Positions 37,923 through 48,462 of a stretch of DNA of 64,000 bases are shown piece after piece. The notes under the pieces were generated by a model. That model was given only the letters and a program-made list of their open reading frames with translations, had not been told where the DNA came from and did no database searches. Origin of the DNA: Cytophagaceae bacterium. Its GTDB lineage: Bacteria > Bacteroidota > Bacteroidia > Cytophagales > Cytophagaceae. Positions within the stretch are counted from its first letter, which is position 1. Each line of letters starts with the position of its first letter. The position numbers and the translations under genes are program-made. The stretch lies in the NCBI GenBank assembly GCA_025054875.1, contig JANWYS010000003.1:2862-66861 (forward strand), written 5' to 3'.

Positions 37923-38896
37923 ATGAAAAAAATTTTAACAGTAATTACTTCGCTTACTTTCCTTAGCGGAGTTGTTTTAGCACAAAACGGAGATTATCGG
38001 GCAATCAAAAAAGCATAAGCGGAAAAGGGTTTGAGTTTATGCTAAAGGGAAATGGAGCTAAAAACTGCTTAGCTACCAATGGCAATACTAACTCTGTTTG
38101 GGGTGAGTTTTATGGTAATGTACACAACAACTATCAGAATACTTTCACTCCTAATGCTGTGTCTATCAATCCAGGTACAATGAAAATCAGTTACAATGGT
38201 TCCACCACAAACCTTGGGGCCGGAGTATCATGGCACTTTTATACGTTGAGATTCCCTTTGGATAATTGCGGCTACGGTTCAGACCCTGTTGATTTATCTG
38301 ATGACGCTAAAAGAAAAATAGAGATTACAGCTATGGTAAGCAACACTACTAAAGACATAGTTGATGTAAGTTTTTTCTTGTATGGAAATACTGCATTTGC
38401 AGATGGCCACCCGGCGACCGACCCAAGACCAGTAGCAAAGTTTAGAAAAAACAGAAAAATGAAGTTTACTGCCACACTGCCTGAAAAAGATTGGCAAGGT
38501 AACGTTATTGACTTAACAGGCTCTGTAGCTTTGGTAATCGAATTTGAGGCTGTTGCATTAGACTTTACTATCTACAATATTAAAGTAGGAGATGTTGTCA
38601 CTTCGGCAAACGGCATGGTAGACCTTACCACCGACATCTCTAACCCCGAAATAAACAACAATTTAGTGTCTGTATATCCTAATCCAACAAAAGATATGTT
38701 AAATGTAGACCTCTCAGCATTGGAGGGTGCTTACGCTAACCTTAAATTATTCAATTCTAACGGCTCATCCATCATGGAGGCTTACACATCTTCAGGCATT
38801 CATACCTTTAATGTGTCCGGGTTAGAAAAAGGCATTTACTTGCTTCAAGTTAACTCCGGAAATAAAATTTCAAACAAGAAAATTGTGATAGAATAA
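37923..38896 (+). pseudogene. T9SS-sorted secreted protein interrupted by a frameshift at an A6 tract
   Basis: The signal peptide ORF MKKILTVITSLTFLSGVVLAQNGDYRAIKKA* (37923-38018) is in frame 0. The body ORF is open from 37967 (track 38039-38896) in frame 2. It ends in a Por-secretion tail (VSVYPNPTKDMLNVDL...GIYLLQV). One extra A in the A6 run at 38007-38012 fuses the two. Confidence 0.6.
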
Positions 38897-38911
38897 TTCA
38901 CAAACATTTCG

Positions 38912-38945
38912 GGCAGAGGCTGAACATGCCTCTGCCTATTTTTTA
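38912..38945 (+). terminator. Rho-independent terminator
   Basis: A 9-bp GC-rich stem GGCAGAGGC / GCCTCTGCC with a 7-nt loop, followed directly by TATTTTTTA. Lies 16 nt after the stop of the T9SS protein gene. Confidence 0.75.
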
Positions 38946-38988
38946 TAAAATCCTCACTTTATTTTATTACCTTTAAAGAATAGTATAG

Positions 38989-40365
38989 ATGGCAGTAGCA
39001 GTGAAAAAAGCACCGGAAATGATCAAAACAACCTCTCAAAAAACAAAAGTGCCCACATCAGGATATTTTGTCCCGATGATTATAATAGCATCACTTTTCT
39101 TCATATTCGGATTCGTAACATGGATAAACGGGGCTCTCATTCCATTCATGAAATTGGTATGCGAGCTTAGCGAATCGCAAGCTTATCTGGTAGCTACTGC
39201 TGTTTACATCTCATTTGTTGTGATGGCTTTGCCGGCCTCAACGCTTTTAAAAGAAATCGGTTACAAAAACGGCATGTCCATAGGATTATTGATTATGGCT
39301 GGCGGAGCATTACTTTTTATTCCTGCAGCTTCATCGAGAATATATTCCACATTTCTTTTGGGATTATTTATACAAGGTACGGGCATCACCGTATTGCAAA
39401 CCGCAGCTAACCCTTACGTGACTATACTTGGCCCTATTGAGAGCGCAGCTAAGAGAATTTCTATCATGGGAATATGCAACAAAGTAGCGGGCATGTTAGG
39501 CTCCGCAATATTTGGTGTACTGTTGCTTTCTGGACTAAACGAAGAAATGGCAAAAGAAAAATTATCTTCTAATATTTCGAATGAGGAGAAAGAACAACTG
39601 CTAAATACACTGGCCGACAGTGTAGTGGTTCCATACATTGTGATGGCATCGCTACTAATAATATTTGCTTTTCTCATTCGTTTTACCCCACTACCAGAAA
39701 TTGAAAATAATTCTAATTCACAGGATGAATCAAATCAAGAAACTACTAAAAAACACATATTTCAGTTTCCTCATCTTCTGTTGGGTGTATTGACTTTATT
39801 TGCCTATGTGGGTGCAGAAGTGATAGCCGGAGATACTATCATAAACTACGGCTTGGCTCTTAACATTCCAAAATCTGAAGCTAAATTTTTTACTTCTTAT
39901 ACATTAGGTGCCATGGTATTTACTTATGGTTTAGGTGTTTTGCTTATTCCGAAATATATTAGTCAAGGTATGGCTTTGCGCATAAGCGCCGTTTTGGGAG
40001 TGATATTTTCTATAGGTATATTGGTGACCGAAGGTTACAATTCCGTTCTCTTTGTAGCAGCACTGGGCATTGCAAATGCACTCGTTTGGCCTGCAGTGTG
40101 GCCCTTGGCAATTAATGGATTGGGTAAGTTTACTAAAACAGGTGCTGCCCTGCTTATCATGGGTGTGTCAGGAGGCGCCATCATACCTCCACTGTTTGGT
40201 GCCATAGTAGATAATAAAAAAGAATTATTGATGGCAAGCGGCATGCCGGAAGCTAAAGCATTGGCTGATGCTTACCATACTCATTACTGGATACTGATAC
40301 CTTGTTATTTGATCATCCTCTACTACGCTGTTTGGGGGCACAAAGTAGGGTTGGCTAAAAAATAA
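38989..40365 (+). CDS. MFS sugar transporter, FucP / glucose-galactose (GluP) family
   Basis: 12-TM MFS protein with an N-terminal pattern (FFIFGFVTWINGALIPFMK) typical of the FHS/GluP family. Confidence 0.8.
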   Translation: MAVAVKKAPEMIKTTSQKTKVPTSGYFVPMIIIASLFFIFGFVTWINGALIPFMKLVCELSESQAYLVATAVYISFVVMALPASTLLKEIGYKNGMSIGLLIMAGGALLFIPAASSRIYSTFLLGLFIQGTGITVLQTAANPYVTILGPIESAAKRISIMGICNKVAGMLGSAIFGVLLLSGLNEEMAKEKLSSNISNEEKEQLLNTLADSVVVPYIVMASLLIIFAFLIRFTPLPEIENNSNSQDESNQETTKKHIFQFPHLLLGVLTLFAYVGAEVIAGDTIINYGLALNIPKSEAKFFTSYTLGAMVFTYGLGVLLIPKYISQGMALRISAVLGVIFSIGILVTEGYNSVLFVAALGIANALVWPAVWPLAINGLGKFTKTGAALLIMGVSGGAIIPPLFGAIVDNKKELLMASGMPEAKALADAYHTHYWILIPCYLIILYYAVWGHKVGLAKK

Positions 40366-40377
40366 GAGTTTTCTTTT

Positions 40378-41613
40378 TTATTCTGATGTTATCAGCAGGC
40401 TGCATGCGTACATATACAGGTACAATGCTATGCCAAGTTGATTTTCAATGGTGGCTTCTACCATGAATGATGTGATTGCTATTACGGCACTCATGATGAA
40501 TAAGATTTTATTGTAATTCTCCACGAACACAAATGGCGCCAATGAAAGCCAAATCACAGCCAGCAAGCCAATAATACCAAGCCCTGCATAGAAGTATACA
40601 AATTGATTATGCGGAATCAATATTTTGTCTTCCGGGAAATCCTGCCTAATGTTTTTGTATCCCTTAGTCATTTCATCGCGTATATCGCCCATTCCTGTAC
40701 CAAATAAAAAATTATCATTTCCTAACTCTAATCCTAATCGTATAGATAATAGCCGATTACCATCAGAATAGTAAGCTACATCTTTACCATCAAAATACCT
40801 TTTTACATCTTCTTGCATATAGGCAATTTTATTTTTAAGAGTTGGCAATGTAAAATACATAACTACCGGTATAGATGTGATTAACAATAAACCTATTAAA
40901 ACATATTTCACATTCCTGCTTCTGATTATGTATGTAACCATCCATACAAGTACTCCACAATAAAAAGCCAGCAATCCACTGCGTACAGATAGAATATGTA
41001 AGAACGCCAAATTGAAAAGGCCTATGCATAGAATTGAGTACAAACCAAATTTGTTGAAATATTTCCCATCAATATACATATGCGCGCAGGCAAAAACAGA
41101 AAAAGTAATCATCAAACTGAAACGAATATGATTGATATCAAAAGGCAAAGGTATTACATGAGCCATCTTGTACATCTGATTGATTTGTTCATAGTTTTTT
41201 GCATAGTTGATTAATGAACACACACACACCAAACTTACACATAGAGAAAAAAACAATAGCAAGTAAGCAAACCATCTGGAACATTTAATGTCCATCAATA
41301 CAACAATAGCGTAAGGAAATATCAAAAATGGTAGTTTTAAAACCAGTCTTTCAAAGAATTCTTTTTTATTCTCTGAGAAAAAAAAACTAAATGCAACTAT
41401 AACAAATACAAAAGCCAACGATAACAACATTTTGCTGCGCCATATTTTTCTCAGATAATTCAGACAATCGCCCGCCAACAAAGCTCCCGCCAAAATCAAC
41501 ATCATGCCTATACTCATCAAGGCCCGCGACACAAACATGCCGACGGTGAGTATAAAAAATCCCCAATAGGAAATTGTAAAGGAAATTTTTCGGAGAGTGT
41601 AAATTGCTGCCAA
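40378..41613 (-). CDS. O-antigen ligase / Wzy-like polymerase family membrane protein
   Basis: Polytopic (more than 10 TM) protein with one large loop. The call rests on topology and neighbourhood only. Confidence 0.55.
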   Translation of the reverse strand: MAAIYTLRKISFTISYWGFFILTVGMFVSRALMSIGMMLILAGALLAGDCLNYLRKIWRSKMLLSLAFVFVIVAFSFFFSENKKEFFERLVLKLPFLIFPYAIVVLMDIKCSRWFAYLLLFFSLCVSLVCVCSLINYAKNYEQINQMYKMAHVIPLPFDINHIRFSLMITFSVFACAHMYIDGKYFNKFGLYSILCIGLFNLAFLHILSVRSGLLAFYCGVLVWMVTYIIRSRNVKYVLIGLLLITSIPVVMYFTLPTLKNKIAYMQEDVKRYFDGKDVAYYSDGNRLLSIRLGLELGNDNFLFGTGMGDIRDEMTKGYKNIRQDFPEDKILIPHNQFVYFYAGLGIIGLLAVIWLSLAPFVFVENYNKILFIMSAVIAITSFMVEATIENQLGIALYLYMYACSLLITSE

Positions 41614-41703
41614 AATAAAATATTAGTTTTATTTGTTATGCTTGCGTAGTATATTTGAAAACATACACAAGCTGAAAGCAAAAATAAGGCGAAAGGGAAA
41701 AAA

Positions 41704-42291
41704 GTGGAAGAGAACAAAAAAAAATCCCCCTACAAAAATAAAGCCGAGAAAGATGCTTTGTTCGAAAAAGAATTTATGCATCTCATTACTCCCCTCTACA
41801 ATTTTGCTTATCGGCTCACCTTTAATGAAGACGATGCCAATGACCTGGTGCAGGAAACCTACCTTAAAGCGTATCGTTTTTTCGATTCTTATGAAAAGGG
41901 AACTAATGCCAAAGCATGGCTGTTTAGGATTTTGAAAAATAGTTTCATCAACGAATACCGGAAAAATGTGAAGCAACCCGGTAAAGTTGATTATCAGGAA
42001 GTAGAATCGTACTACAACTCCGACGACATAGACGAACCCATAACTCAGGATTTAAGGGTGGATAGCGTTAAAGACTTGATCGGAGACGAAGTTGCGAATG
42101 CTTTAAATTCTTTGGATGTAGATTTCAGAACTATAATCATTTTGTGCGACCTCGAAGAATTTACATATGAAGAAATTGCCAAGATTCTCGACATACCCAT
42201 CGGCACGGTGCGTTCACGACTTCACAGAGCGCGTAACATCCTCAAAGAAAAGCTCAGAGAATATGCCCGGAACATGGGTTATAACGGATAG
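41704..42291 (+). CDS. ECF (sigma-70 family) RNA polymerase sigma factor
   Basis: Region 2 (DANDLVQETYLKAYRFF...WLFRILKNSFINEYRK) and region 4 (EFTYEEIAKILDIPIGTVRSRLHRAR). GTG start as given in the ORF track. Confidence 0.9.
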   Translation: MEENKKKSPYKNKAEKDALFEKEFMHLITPLYNFAYRLTFNEDDANDLVQETYLKAYRFFDSYEKGTNAKAWLFRILKNSFINEYRKNVKQPGKVDYQEVESYYNSDDIDEPITQDLRVDSVKDLIGDEVANALNSLDVDFRTIIILCDLEEFTYEEIAKILDIPIGTVRSRLHRARNILKEKLREYARNMGYNG

Positions 42292-42327
42292 AAAATTCCA
42301 CCTCTTCCAATAAATAAAACCTCGCCT

Positions 42328-42612
42328 ATGATTAAAACCATTACTCACCTCATTCACCGATTGATTGGAAAGAAAGAACATTCTTATTGTTGTAAAAATT
42401 GCATCAACGACTTATACCTGGTGCTTGACGGAGAAGCCGAACAAAAGCAAGAAGAAGAATTACTGAAACACATTGAAAAATGCGAGCCCTGCTTCACAAG
42501 ATATCAAATAGAGAAATCCGTGAAAGAAGTTATTAAATACAAGATACAACACAAACAAGTTCCTCCCCAACTCATACATTCTATTAAAGAAAAAATAAAC
42601 GGCATTATTTGA
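42328..42612 (+). CDS. zinc-finger (zf-HC2) anti-sigma factor, soluble type
   Basis: HxxxCxxC motif (HIEKCEPC) plus upstream Cys residues. 94 aa, immediately downstream of the ECF sigma gene. Confidence 0.65.
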   Translation: MIKTITHLIHRLIGKKEHSYCCKNCINDLYLVLDGEAEQKQEEELLKHIEKCEPCFTRYQIEKSVKEVIKYKIQHKQVPPQLIHSIKEKINGII

Positions 42613-42733
42613 GCTTCTTCAACTGTAATGCCTGCATAAGAAGCTTCGCACAAGTTTTGTGTTGCACAATCCTTTGTCATGGCTATCAATCCATTTTACA
42701 AAAAAACGTATTTTTATTCCCTAAAAGTATTTT

Positions 42734-44623
42734 ATGAGTCACTGGCTTTGTTTTTTACTCTACGCTCTCCTACCAATGATTTCGCTCGCACAACATGATG
42801 AGGGACTCAAAGGAACTTTCGGCATTAAAAACCCGCAAAAAGAATACGTAAAGTATTGTCAAGAATGCAAAAACACGTTGCAAAAAATGCCTCCCGAAAT
42901 AAAATACGGCGTGCAAGGTTTTGACGGATACATCTATTTCATCATAAATGACAGAGAATGGTATCACCGACTATTCAAAAAAAAATTTGATGGCATCGCC
43001 ATTGACATAATACGCAAACAGCAATACCCATGCGGAAAGAAAAACCTACTGGCTGATTCCTGGGCATACAAAGGCGAACTCCTGAAACCTATGTATCTCT
43101 CTGACATGAATAAAAACATGTATCAATACAGCGATGGATCCATTGCTATACGATACGCCAAAATACCGGAAAACGTGGATACCTCTGCCACCGAATACAA
43201 CCTGCTCATCATAAAAAATAAATACCTGTGCCATTACTCTACCTTTTATGATGTACGCGGGCAAAAATGGCAACTCCTCGATATGGATATGATACCCGAC
43301 TCTGTTGACCAATCAGTATCCATGCAATCCACAATACTCCTCAATAAAGAATGGATATTTGATGTACCTTTCGAAAAAAATAAATATGAATACAACCCTC
43401 AGGATGTAAAACCCATACACGACTCCCTACGGCTCAATGATTTTTATATTAAAAAAATAACCATAAAAGCTTTTTCGTCCATAGAAGGACCTACCGAAAA
43501 AAACATAATGCTACAGCAGAAAAGAGCCGAGAGTATTGTAAAGGCCCTTCAGATGTCGCAGGTAGAAACCATAAATGCACACATATATGCTTCCGAAAAT
43601 TGGGTCGAATTTCTTTCCGACATTGAAGGCTCCAAATATGCTTACTTGAAAAATCTTACTAAAGATGCCATAAAGGAAAAATTAGAAAACAAAGAAATAT
43701 CTGCCGAACTGGAACCTATCCTCAAAAAACATCGGAAAGCCATATTGCATATTCAGCTTGAAAAAAAAGTTTCACATCTGCACTCCGACTCTGCAGTTCT
43801 ACGCATGCAACTGGAAAACGCCATCGCCGAAAAAAATATATTAAAAGCTCACGAACTGCAACAAATAATTTTTTCCAAAATACGAACCGCTAAATGGCCT
43901 TGTCAAACACTTTCCGGCATTGAAATACCCAAAAAAGCCGAGTACAAATCCTTACTTCATAGCAAAGCGCTATTTTTATATACACAAGCCGATACATCAC
44001 TCGTCTCTTTGCTAAAAGAATTTTCAGAACTCTTAAAACTCTCTCCCAAAGATCCCCGCATTCGCTACAATTTCTGTATACTACGATTGAAACATTGGGC
44101 CATAAATGAATCCGCTGAAGACCCCAAGCAATTACTGAACGACATTTTGGAGCTAAACAAATCTTCTATCAATAAAAATCTCATCAACAGATTACTCATA
44201 AACTATTACATCATTTACGGCGAACGCATGTATCAGCAAAAAAAATATGAGGAAAAGGACAAGGCCGTTAAATTTATCTATTCCAATTATGCTTCCCTCC
44301 AACTCACTTATGCCGATGTATTACATATAGCCGAATATTTTGTGGCGTATGCAAAATATTCCTGGGCAGAAAATCTTTTGGCCATGTATGCTAATAAAAT
44401 TGACGTGACCGAAGATTTACTTTTTTATTATCTCAATTTAACTATCATAAAGCCCAAACTCACGTCTACAGCGGCATACAGAAGTATTATGCTCAATGCC
44501 ATAAACATAAATCAAGTCCGCTTTTGCAATTTATTTAAACCCTTCGCTAAGGGAGGTATTAGCTTTCAACTGTTAGAAAACGATTATTTGAAAAACACCT
44601 ACTGCGAAAATTGTCTTGAATAA
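42734..44623 (+). CDS. hypothetical secreted protein with a degenerate OmpA-like segment and a helical-repeat C-terminal half
   Basis: Signal peptide. IKAFSSIEGPTEKNIMLQQKRAESIVKAL resembles the OmpA_C core (G.TD..G....N..LS..RA). No other motif recognised. Confidence 0.5.
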   Translation: MSHWLCFLLYALLPMISLAQHDEGLKGTFGIKNPQKEYVKYCQECKNTLQKMPPEIKYGVQGFDGYIYFIINDREWYHRLFKKKFDGIAIDIIRKQQYPCGKKNLLADSWAYKGELLKPMYLSDMNKNMYQYSDGSIAIRYAKIPENVDTSATEYNLLIIKNKYLCHYSTFYDVRGQKWQLLDMDMIPDSVDQSVSMQSTILLNKEWIFDVPFEKNKYEYNPQDVKPIHDSLRLNDFYIKKITIKAFSSIEGPTEKNIMLQQKRAESIVKALQMSQVETINAHIYASENWVEFLSDIEGSKYAYLKNLTKDAIKEKLENKEISAELEPILKKHRKAILHIQLEKKVSHLHSDSAVLRMQLENAIAEKNILKAHELQQIIFSKIRTAKWPCQTLSGIEIPKKAEYKSLLHSKALFLYTQADTSLVSLLKEFSELLKLSPKDPRIRYNFCILRLKHWAINESAEDPKQLLNDILELNKSSINKNLINRLLINYYIIYGERMYQQKKYEEKDKAVKFIYSNYASLQLTYADVLHIAEYFVAYAKYSWAENLLAMYANKIDVTEDLLFYYLNLTIIKPKLTSTAAYRSIMLNAININQVRFCNLFKPFAKGGISFQLLENDYLKNTYCENCLE

Positions 44624-45004
44624 AAAAATCGCCGTAAGCTTAATATACGCTTCACTCTCTACTCATCTCCTTTTCGGTTTGCTTGCCATATTTAACCACA
44701 AAGTAACTTTAGCTTTAAAAAAATTTATATACACCTCCACAAAAGAAATACCTTAAAAGACAGCATCATTGCTTGGCACGAGCAAATAGATGATAAGGTG
44801 GGTTTAAAATTATTACTTCCTTTACCGAATTTTTGCAGTATACACTTGGCAAAATAAAATTTATCATCATCAATGAATACAAGTCTTTCAACTATCACAA
44901 TCGCAAGATATGAAAAAGAACTCATCTCCCCTGGTGTTCCCTATTCTGTTATGTATCTGGACTTCGCCGTATTTCGGGCCTTCGAGTTTGTAGTACGTTG
45001 CGAA

Positions 45005-45772
45005 CTAATATTCGGCCAGGAACTCTACTTCTTTAAAACCAAAGTATGATACTCCGCTTTCCGTTGTAAGCTCTAATCTCCCAAACCTGTCTATTCCGGT
45101 TATCATTGCCTGAAAAACTTGCCCATACGCGCGATACATCCTTTTATCATGCAACCCATACAACTTTTTTATGTATTCTTCTTTCAATTCACTTTTTTGA
45201 GGAGATTTCAGTTTTTCGTATTGATTTTCTATCTCATATAATAAGCTATCCAGCAGCGAGTTTAAAGGAGTGTGTGCGCCTATCAGGTTGGCAAATGAAG
45301 TTGCTTTTGGAACAGTAAACTCTACCTGATTTACATTAAGCCCTATACCTAAAATAGAAGATGTAATACATTTATCACGAATGGTATTTTGGATAAGTAT
45401 GCCGGAAATTTTATGGTTGTTAGCATAAACATCGTTTGGCCATTTTAACATTACTTCGTACGCATGACACGTATATTCGTCCACAACTGCGGCAATTGCA
45501 AGGCTTGCCATCATGTTCAGATAAAATTGGTCATTAACTGATAGAAAGGTTGGTTTCAAAACGATGCTTAAGAGGAGGTTTGCCCCAGGCTCTGACTCCC
45601 ATCTGTTGCCTCTTTGTCCTTTGCCATGCGTTTGAAAGTCTGTTATCACAATTGTGCCCTCCTCACAGCCTTCAGTCAACAATGATGCAGCAACATCATT
45701 TGTAGAATGACAGCTTGGCAGATAAATTAGTTTGTTTGGCGCAAACAATTCTGTTTCTATAATATTGTACAT
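45005..45772 (-). CDS. birA: biotin--[acetyl-CoA-carboxylase] ligase (no HTH domain)
   Basis: GKGQRGNRWES motif and KWPNDV block. 255 aa. Confidence 0.9.
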   Translation of the reverse strand: MYNIIETELFAPNKLIYLPSCHSTNDVAASLLTEGCEEGTIVITDFQTHGKGQRGNRWESEPGANLLLSIVLKPTFLSVNDQFYLNMMASLAIAAVVDEYTCHAYEVMLKWPNDVYANNHKISGILIQNTIRDKCITSSILGIGLNVNQVEFTVPKATSFANLIGAHTPLNSLLDSLLYEIENQYEKLKSPQKSELKEEYIKKLYGLHDKRMYRAYGQVFQAMITGIDRFGRLELTTESGVSYFGFKEVEFLAEY

Positions 45773-45823
45773 TTTTTGTTAATTTTGTTTACGTGAAGTT
45801 AAATTAATTTTATACGTCAAAAC

Positions 45824-46348
45824 GTGCCTAAGATAAAGAAATTAAATTCCGAATATCCATTGCTGATATGTGTGTTATTCGGAATGCAAGAGAAAAAAGC
45901 TTTTGATATAGCTGTTATAAATTTTAAAAAAATATCCGGTGCTGTTGCCGATTTCTTTGTACTTTGTTCTGCAAACACAGATACACAGGTAGACGCCATA
46001 GCAACTGAGGTAGAAAAACAAGTAGCAAAACAATTGAAACAAAATCCCTGGCAAAGGGAAGGGTTTCAAAATAAAGAATGGGTATTGATTGATTATTGTG
46101 ATGTTGTAGTGCACATTTTCAGAAAAGAAAAAAGAGCTTTTTATGATTTGGAAAATTTATGGGGCGATGCCGATATAACATACATTGGAGAAAATGATAT
46201 CATAGACCCTAATATTATTCATGAATCACAAAAGACAAATGTGCGCAAAGATACCCAAGAAGTAAAAAAGAAAACACTGAAAAAAACTAACAAAGAATCA
46301 AAACAAAAAAACATAAATGGAAGAGAACAAAGAAAAAACCGAAAATAA
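45824..46348 (+). CDS. rsfS: ribosome silencing factor RsfS with a roughly 50-aa lysine-rich C-terminal extension
   Basis: The RsfS/iojap core ends in DFFVLCSANTDTQVDAIA...EWVLIDYCDVVVHIF...RAFYDLENLWGDA. The extension overlaps the ftsH start by 32 nt. Confidence 0.8.
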   Translation: MPKIKKLNSEYPLLICVLFGMQEKKAFDIAVINFKKISGAVADFFVLCSANTDTQVDAIATEVEKQVAKQLKQNPWQREGFQNKEWVLIDYCDVVVHIFRKEKRAFYDLENLWGDADITYIGENDIIDPNIIHESQKTNVRKDTQEVKKKTLKKTNKESKQKNINGREQRKNRK

Positions 46349-48422
46349 AAAGAAGAAAAACCCGTTGGGAGATAATAATCCCTTTAACTCTAACAAACCG
46401 GGCAACCCAAAGAACAACTATCAAATGTGGGTTATCATATCTCTATTGACGGTAATATTTGGTATATTATGGTTTGGAAAGCAAAACTCCGCAACAGAAA
46501 TTTCATGGAAAAAATTTGAAGATATATACTTACGAAAAGATATAGAAAAAATTGTGGTTGTGAACGACCGCATTGTGGAGATAACCCTAAAACGTGAAGC
46601 CTTAACAAACTCATATTACAAAAATCTGCTGCGTGAACGCAACGTGTTTGGTGGCGACAGCGGTCCGCATTTGTATTACAAAACGAGTTCGGCAGAAAAA
46701 TTTGAGGAAAAGCTGCGGGAGTTTTACACCAGAGCAAAAATCAAGGAGAGTGACCAGATTGATTTTAAAACAGAAGAACGCAGCGATTTTTCAGGGCAAC
46801 TCATGACTTGGGGTATGCTACTGCTCATGCTCTTTACATTTTGGTACCTCATGCGCAGAGTCACTAATGTTGGGCCGGGAGGACAAATATTCAACATTGG
46901 TAAATCCAGGGCAGCTCTGTTTGATGCTGAAAATAAAGTTAAAGTAACCTTTGCTGATGTAGCAGGCCTGGAAGAAGGCAAGGAAGAAGTTAAGGAAATA
47001 GTAGAGTTTTTGAAAAACCCCACCAAGTTTACGAAACTTGGTGGTAAAATTCCCAAAGGTGCATTGCTGGTAGGCCCTCCCGGAACAGGGAAAACTCTCT
47101 TGGCCAAGGCTGTGGCGGGCGAAGCCGGTGTGCCCTTCTTTTCTCTTTCCGGTTCTGATTTCGTAGAAATGTTTGTAGGTGTAGGCGCTGCCCGCGTACG
47201 CGATTTATTTAAGCAAGCCAAAGAGAAAGCCCCCTGCATAATTTTTATAGATGAAATAGATGCCATAGGCCGCTCTCGCGGAAGAGGTTCGCTTCCCGGC
47301 GCTAACGATGAGCGCGAAAACACTCTCAATTCTTTGCTGGTTGAAATGGACGGTTTCTCTACCGACTCAGGGGTTATCATTTTAGCAGCTACCAATAGGC
47401 CTGACGTGCTCGACAGCGCCCTGCTAAGGCCAGGAAGATTCGACCGACAAATCACCGTAGATAAGCCTGACATCATCGGAAGAGAAGCTATTTTCAAAGT
47501 TCACTTGAAACCTCTAAAACTCGCTCCCGAAGTAGACCCTAAAAAACTAGCCGCTCAAACACCCGGATTTGCAGGCGCCGAAATTGCCAACGTATGCAAC
47601 GAAGCAGCCCTGATTGCGGCAAGAAAAAATAAAGAAATGGTGGACATGAGCGACTTTCAGGATGCTATAGACAGGGTGATCGGAGGCCTTGAAAAGAAAA
47701 ATAAAATCATATCTCCTGAAGAAAAACGAATAGTAGCCTACCACGAAGCAGGACATGCTGTAGCCGGTTGGTTCCTGGAGCATGCCGACCCTTTGGTTAA
47801 AGTAAGCATCGTACCAAGAGGTGTTGCTGCTCTGGGATATGCTCAATATCTACCGAAAGAACAATTCCTCTATACTACTGAGCAATTGCTTGACGAAATG
47901 TGTATGACACTCGGCGGAAGAGCTGCTGAAGAAATCGTATTCGGAAAAATATCTACCGGCGCTCTCAGCGACCTGGAGCGCATCACTAAGATGGCTTATA
48001 GTATGGTTACTGTCTATGGAATGAATGAAAAAATCGGAAACATATCTTTCTACGACTCCAAACAAAGTGAATATACGTTTAGCAAGCCCTACTCGGAAGC
48101 CACCGCTGAAACCATTGATGATGAGGTAAGAAAGTTGGTGGGCAAAGTTTACGAACGGAGCAAACAACTTCTCATGGACAAAAGAAAAGAGCTTGAAATC
48201 GTTGCGCAAGAACTTCTTAAAAAAGAAATTATATTCCAGTCCGACTTAGAAACACTCATCGGTAAAAGGCCTTTTGAAAAGCAAACAACGTATCAACAGT
48301 TTACAAATGGCACATTAAATGCAAAAACACCTACTTCTGAAATCAACTCTACTCAAGCCGAATCAAAATCTTCAGAAGAACAAAAAAACAATAGTGCTGA
48401 CAACACAACAGGCACTTTGTAA
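46317..48422 (+). CDS. ftsH: ATP-dependent zinc metalloprotease FtsH
   Basis: Two TM helices, AAA Walker A GPPGTGKT, Walker [12 protein letters not shown], and the HEAGHA zinc site. Confidence 0.97.
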   Translation: MEENKEKTENKKKKNPLGDNNPFNSNKPGNPKNNYQMWVIISLLTVIFGILWFGKQNSATEISWKKFEDIYLRKDIEKIVVVNDRIVEITLKREALTNSYYKNLLRERNVFGGDSGPHLYYKTSSAEKFEEKLREFYTRAKIKESDQIDFKTEERSDFSGQLMTWGMLLLMLFTFWYLMRRVTNVGPGGQIFNIGKSRAALFDAENKVKVTFADVAGLEEGKEEVKEIVEFLKNPTKFTKLGGKIPKGALLVGPPGTGKTLLAKAVAGEAGVPFFSLSGSDFVEMFVGVGAARVRDLFKQAKEKAPCIIFIDEIDAIGRSRGRGSLPGANDERENTLNSLLVEMDGFSTDSGVIILAATNRPDVLDSALLRPGRFDRQITVDKPDIIGREAIFKVHLKPLKLAPEVDPKKLAAQTPGFAGAEIANVCNEAALIAARKNKEMVDMSDFQDAIDRVIGGLEKKNKIISPEEKRIVAYHEAGHAVAGWFLEHADPLVKVSIVPRGVAALGYAQYLPKEQFLYTTEQLLDEMCMTLGGRAAEEIVFGKISTGALSDLERITKMAYSMVTVYGMNEKIGNISFYDSKQSEYTFSKPYSEATAETIDDEVRKLVGKVYERSKQLLMDKRKELEIVAQELLKKEIIFQSDLETLIGKRPFEKQTTYQQFTNGTLNAKTPTSEINSTQAESKSSEEQKNNSADNTTGTL

Positions 48423-48462
48423 ACATTGGATTTCAATAGTCATAGATTGAAGCGACTGTTTC

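Noticed and set aside
46724-47497. Long antisense ORFs inside strongly supported genes (257 aa in ftsH, 204 aa at 60059-60673 in clpC, 182 aa at 20669-21217 in the AKR gene, and several in pstB, gatA, cysN)
   Set aside because: They lie fully within genes that have unambiguous motifs on the other strand. Their translations are Ser/Pro/Arg-rich mirror-frame products without motifs.
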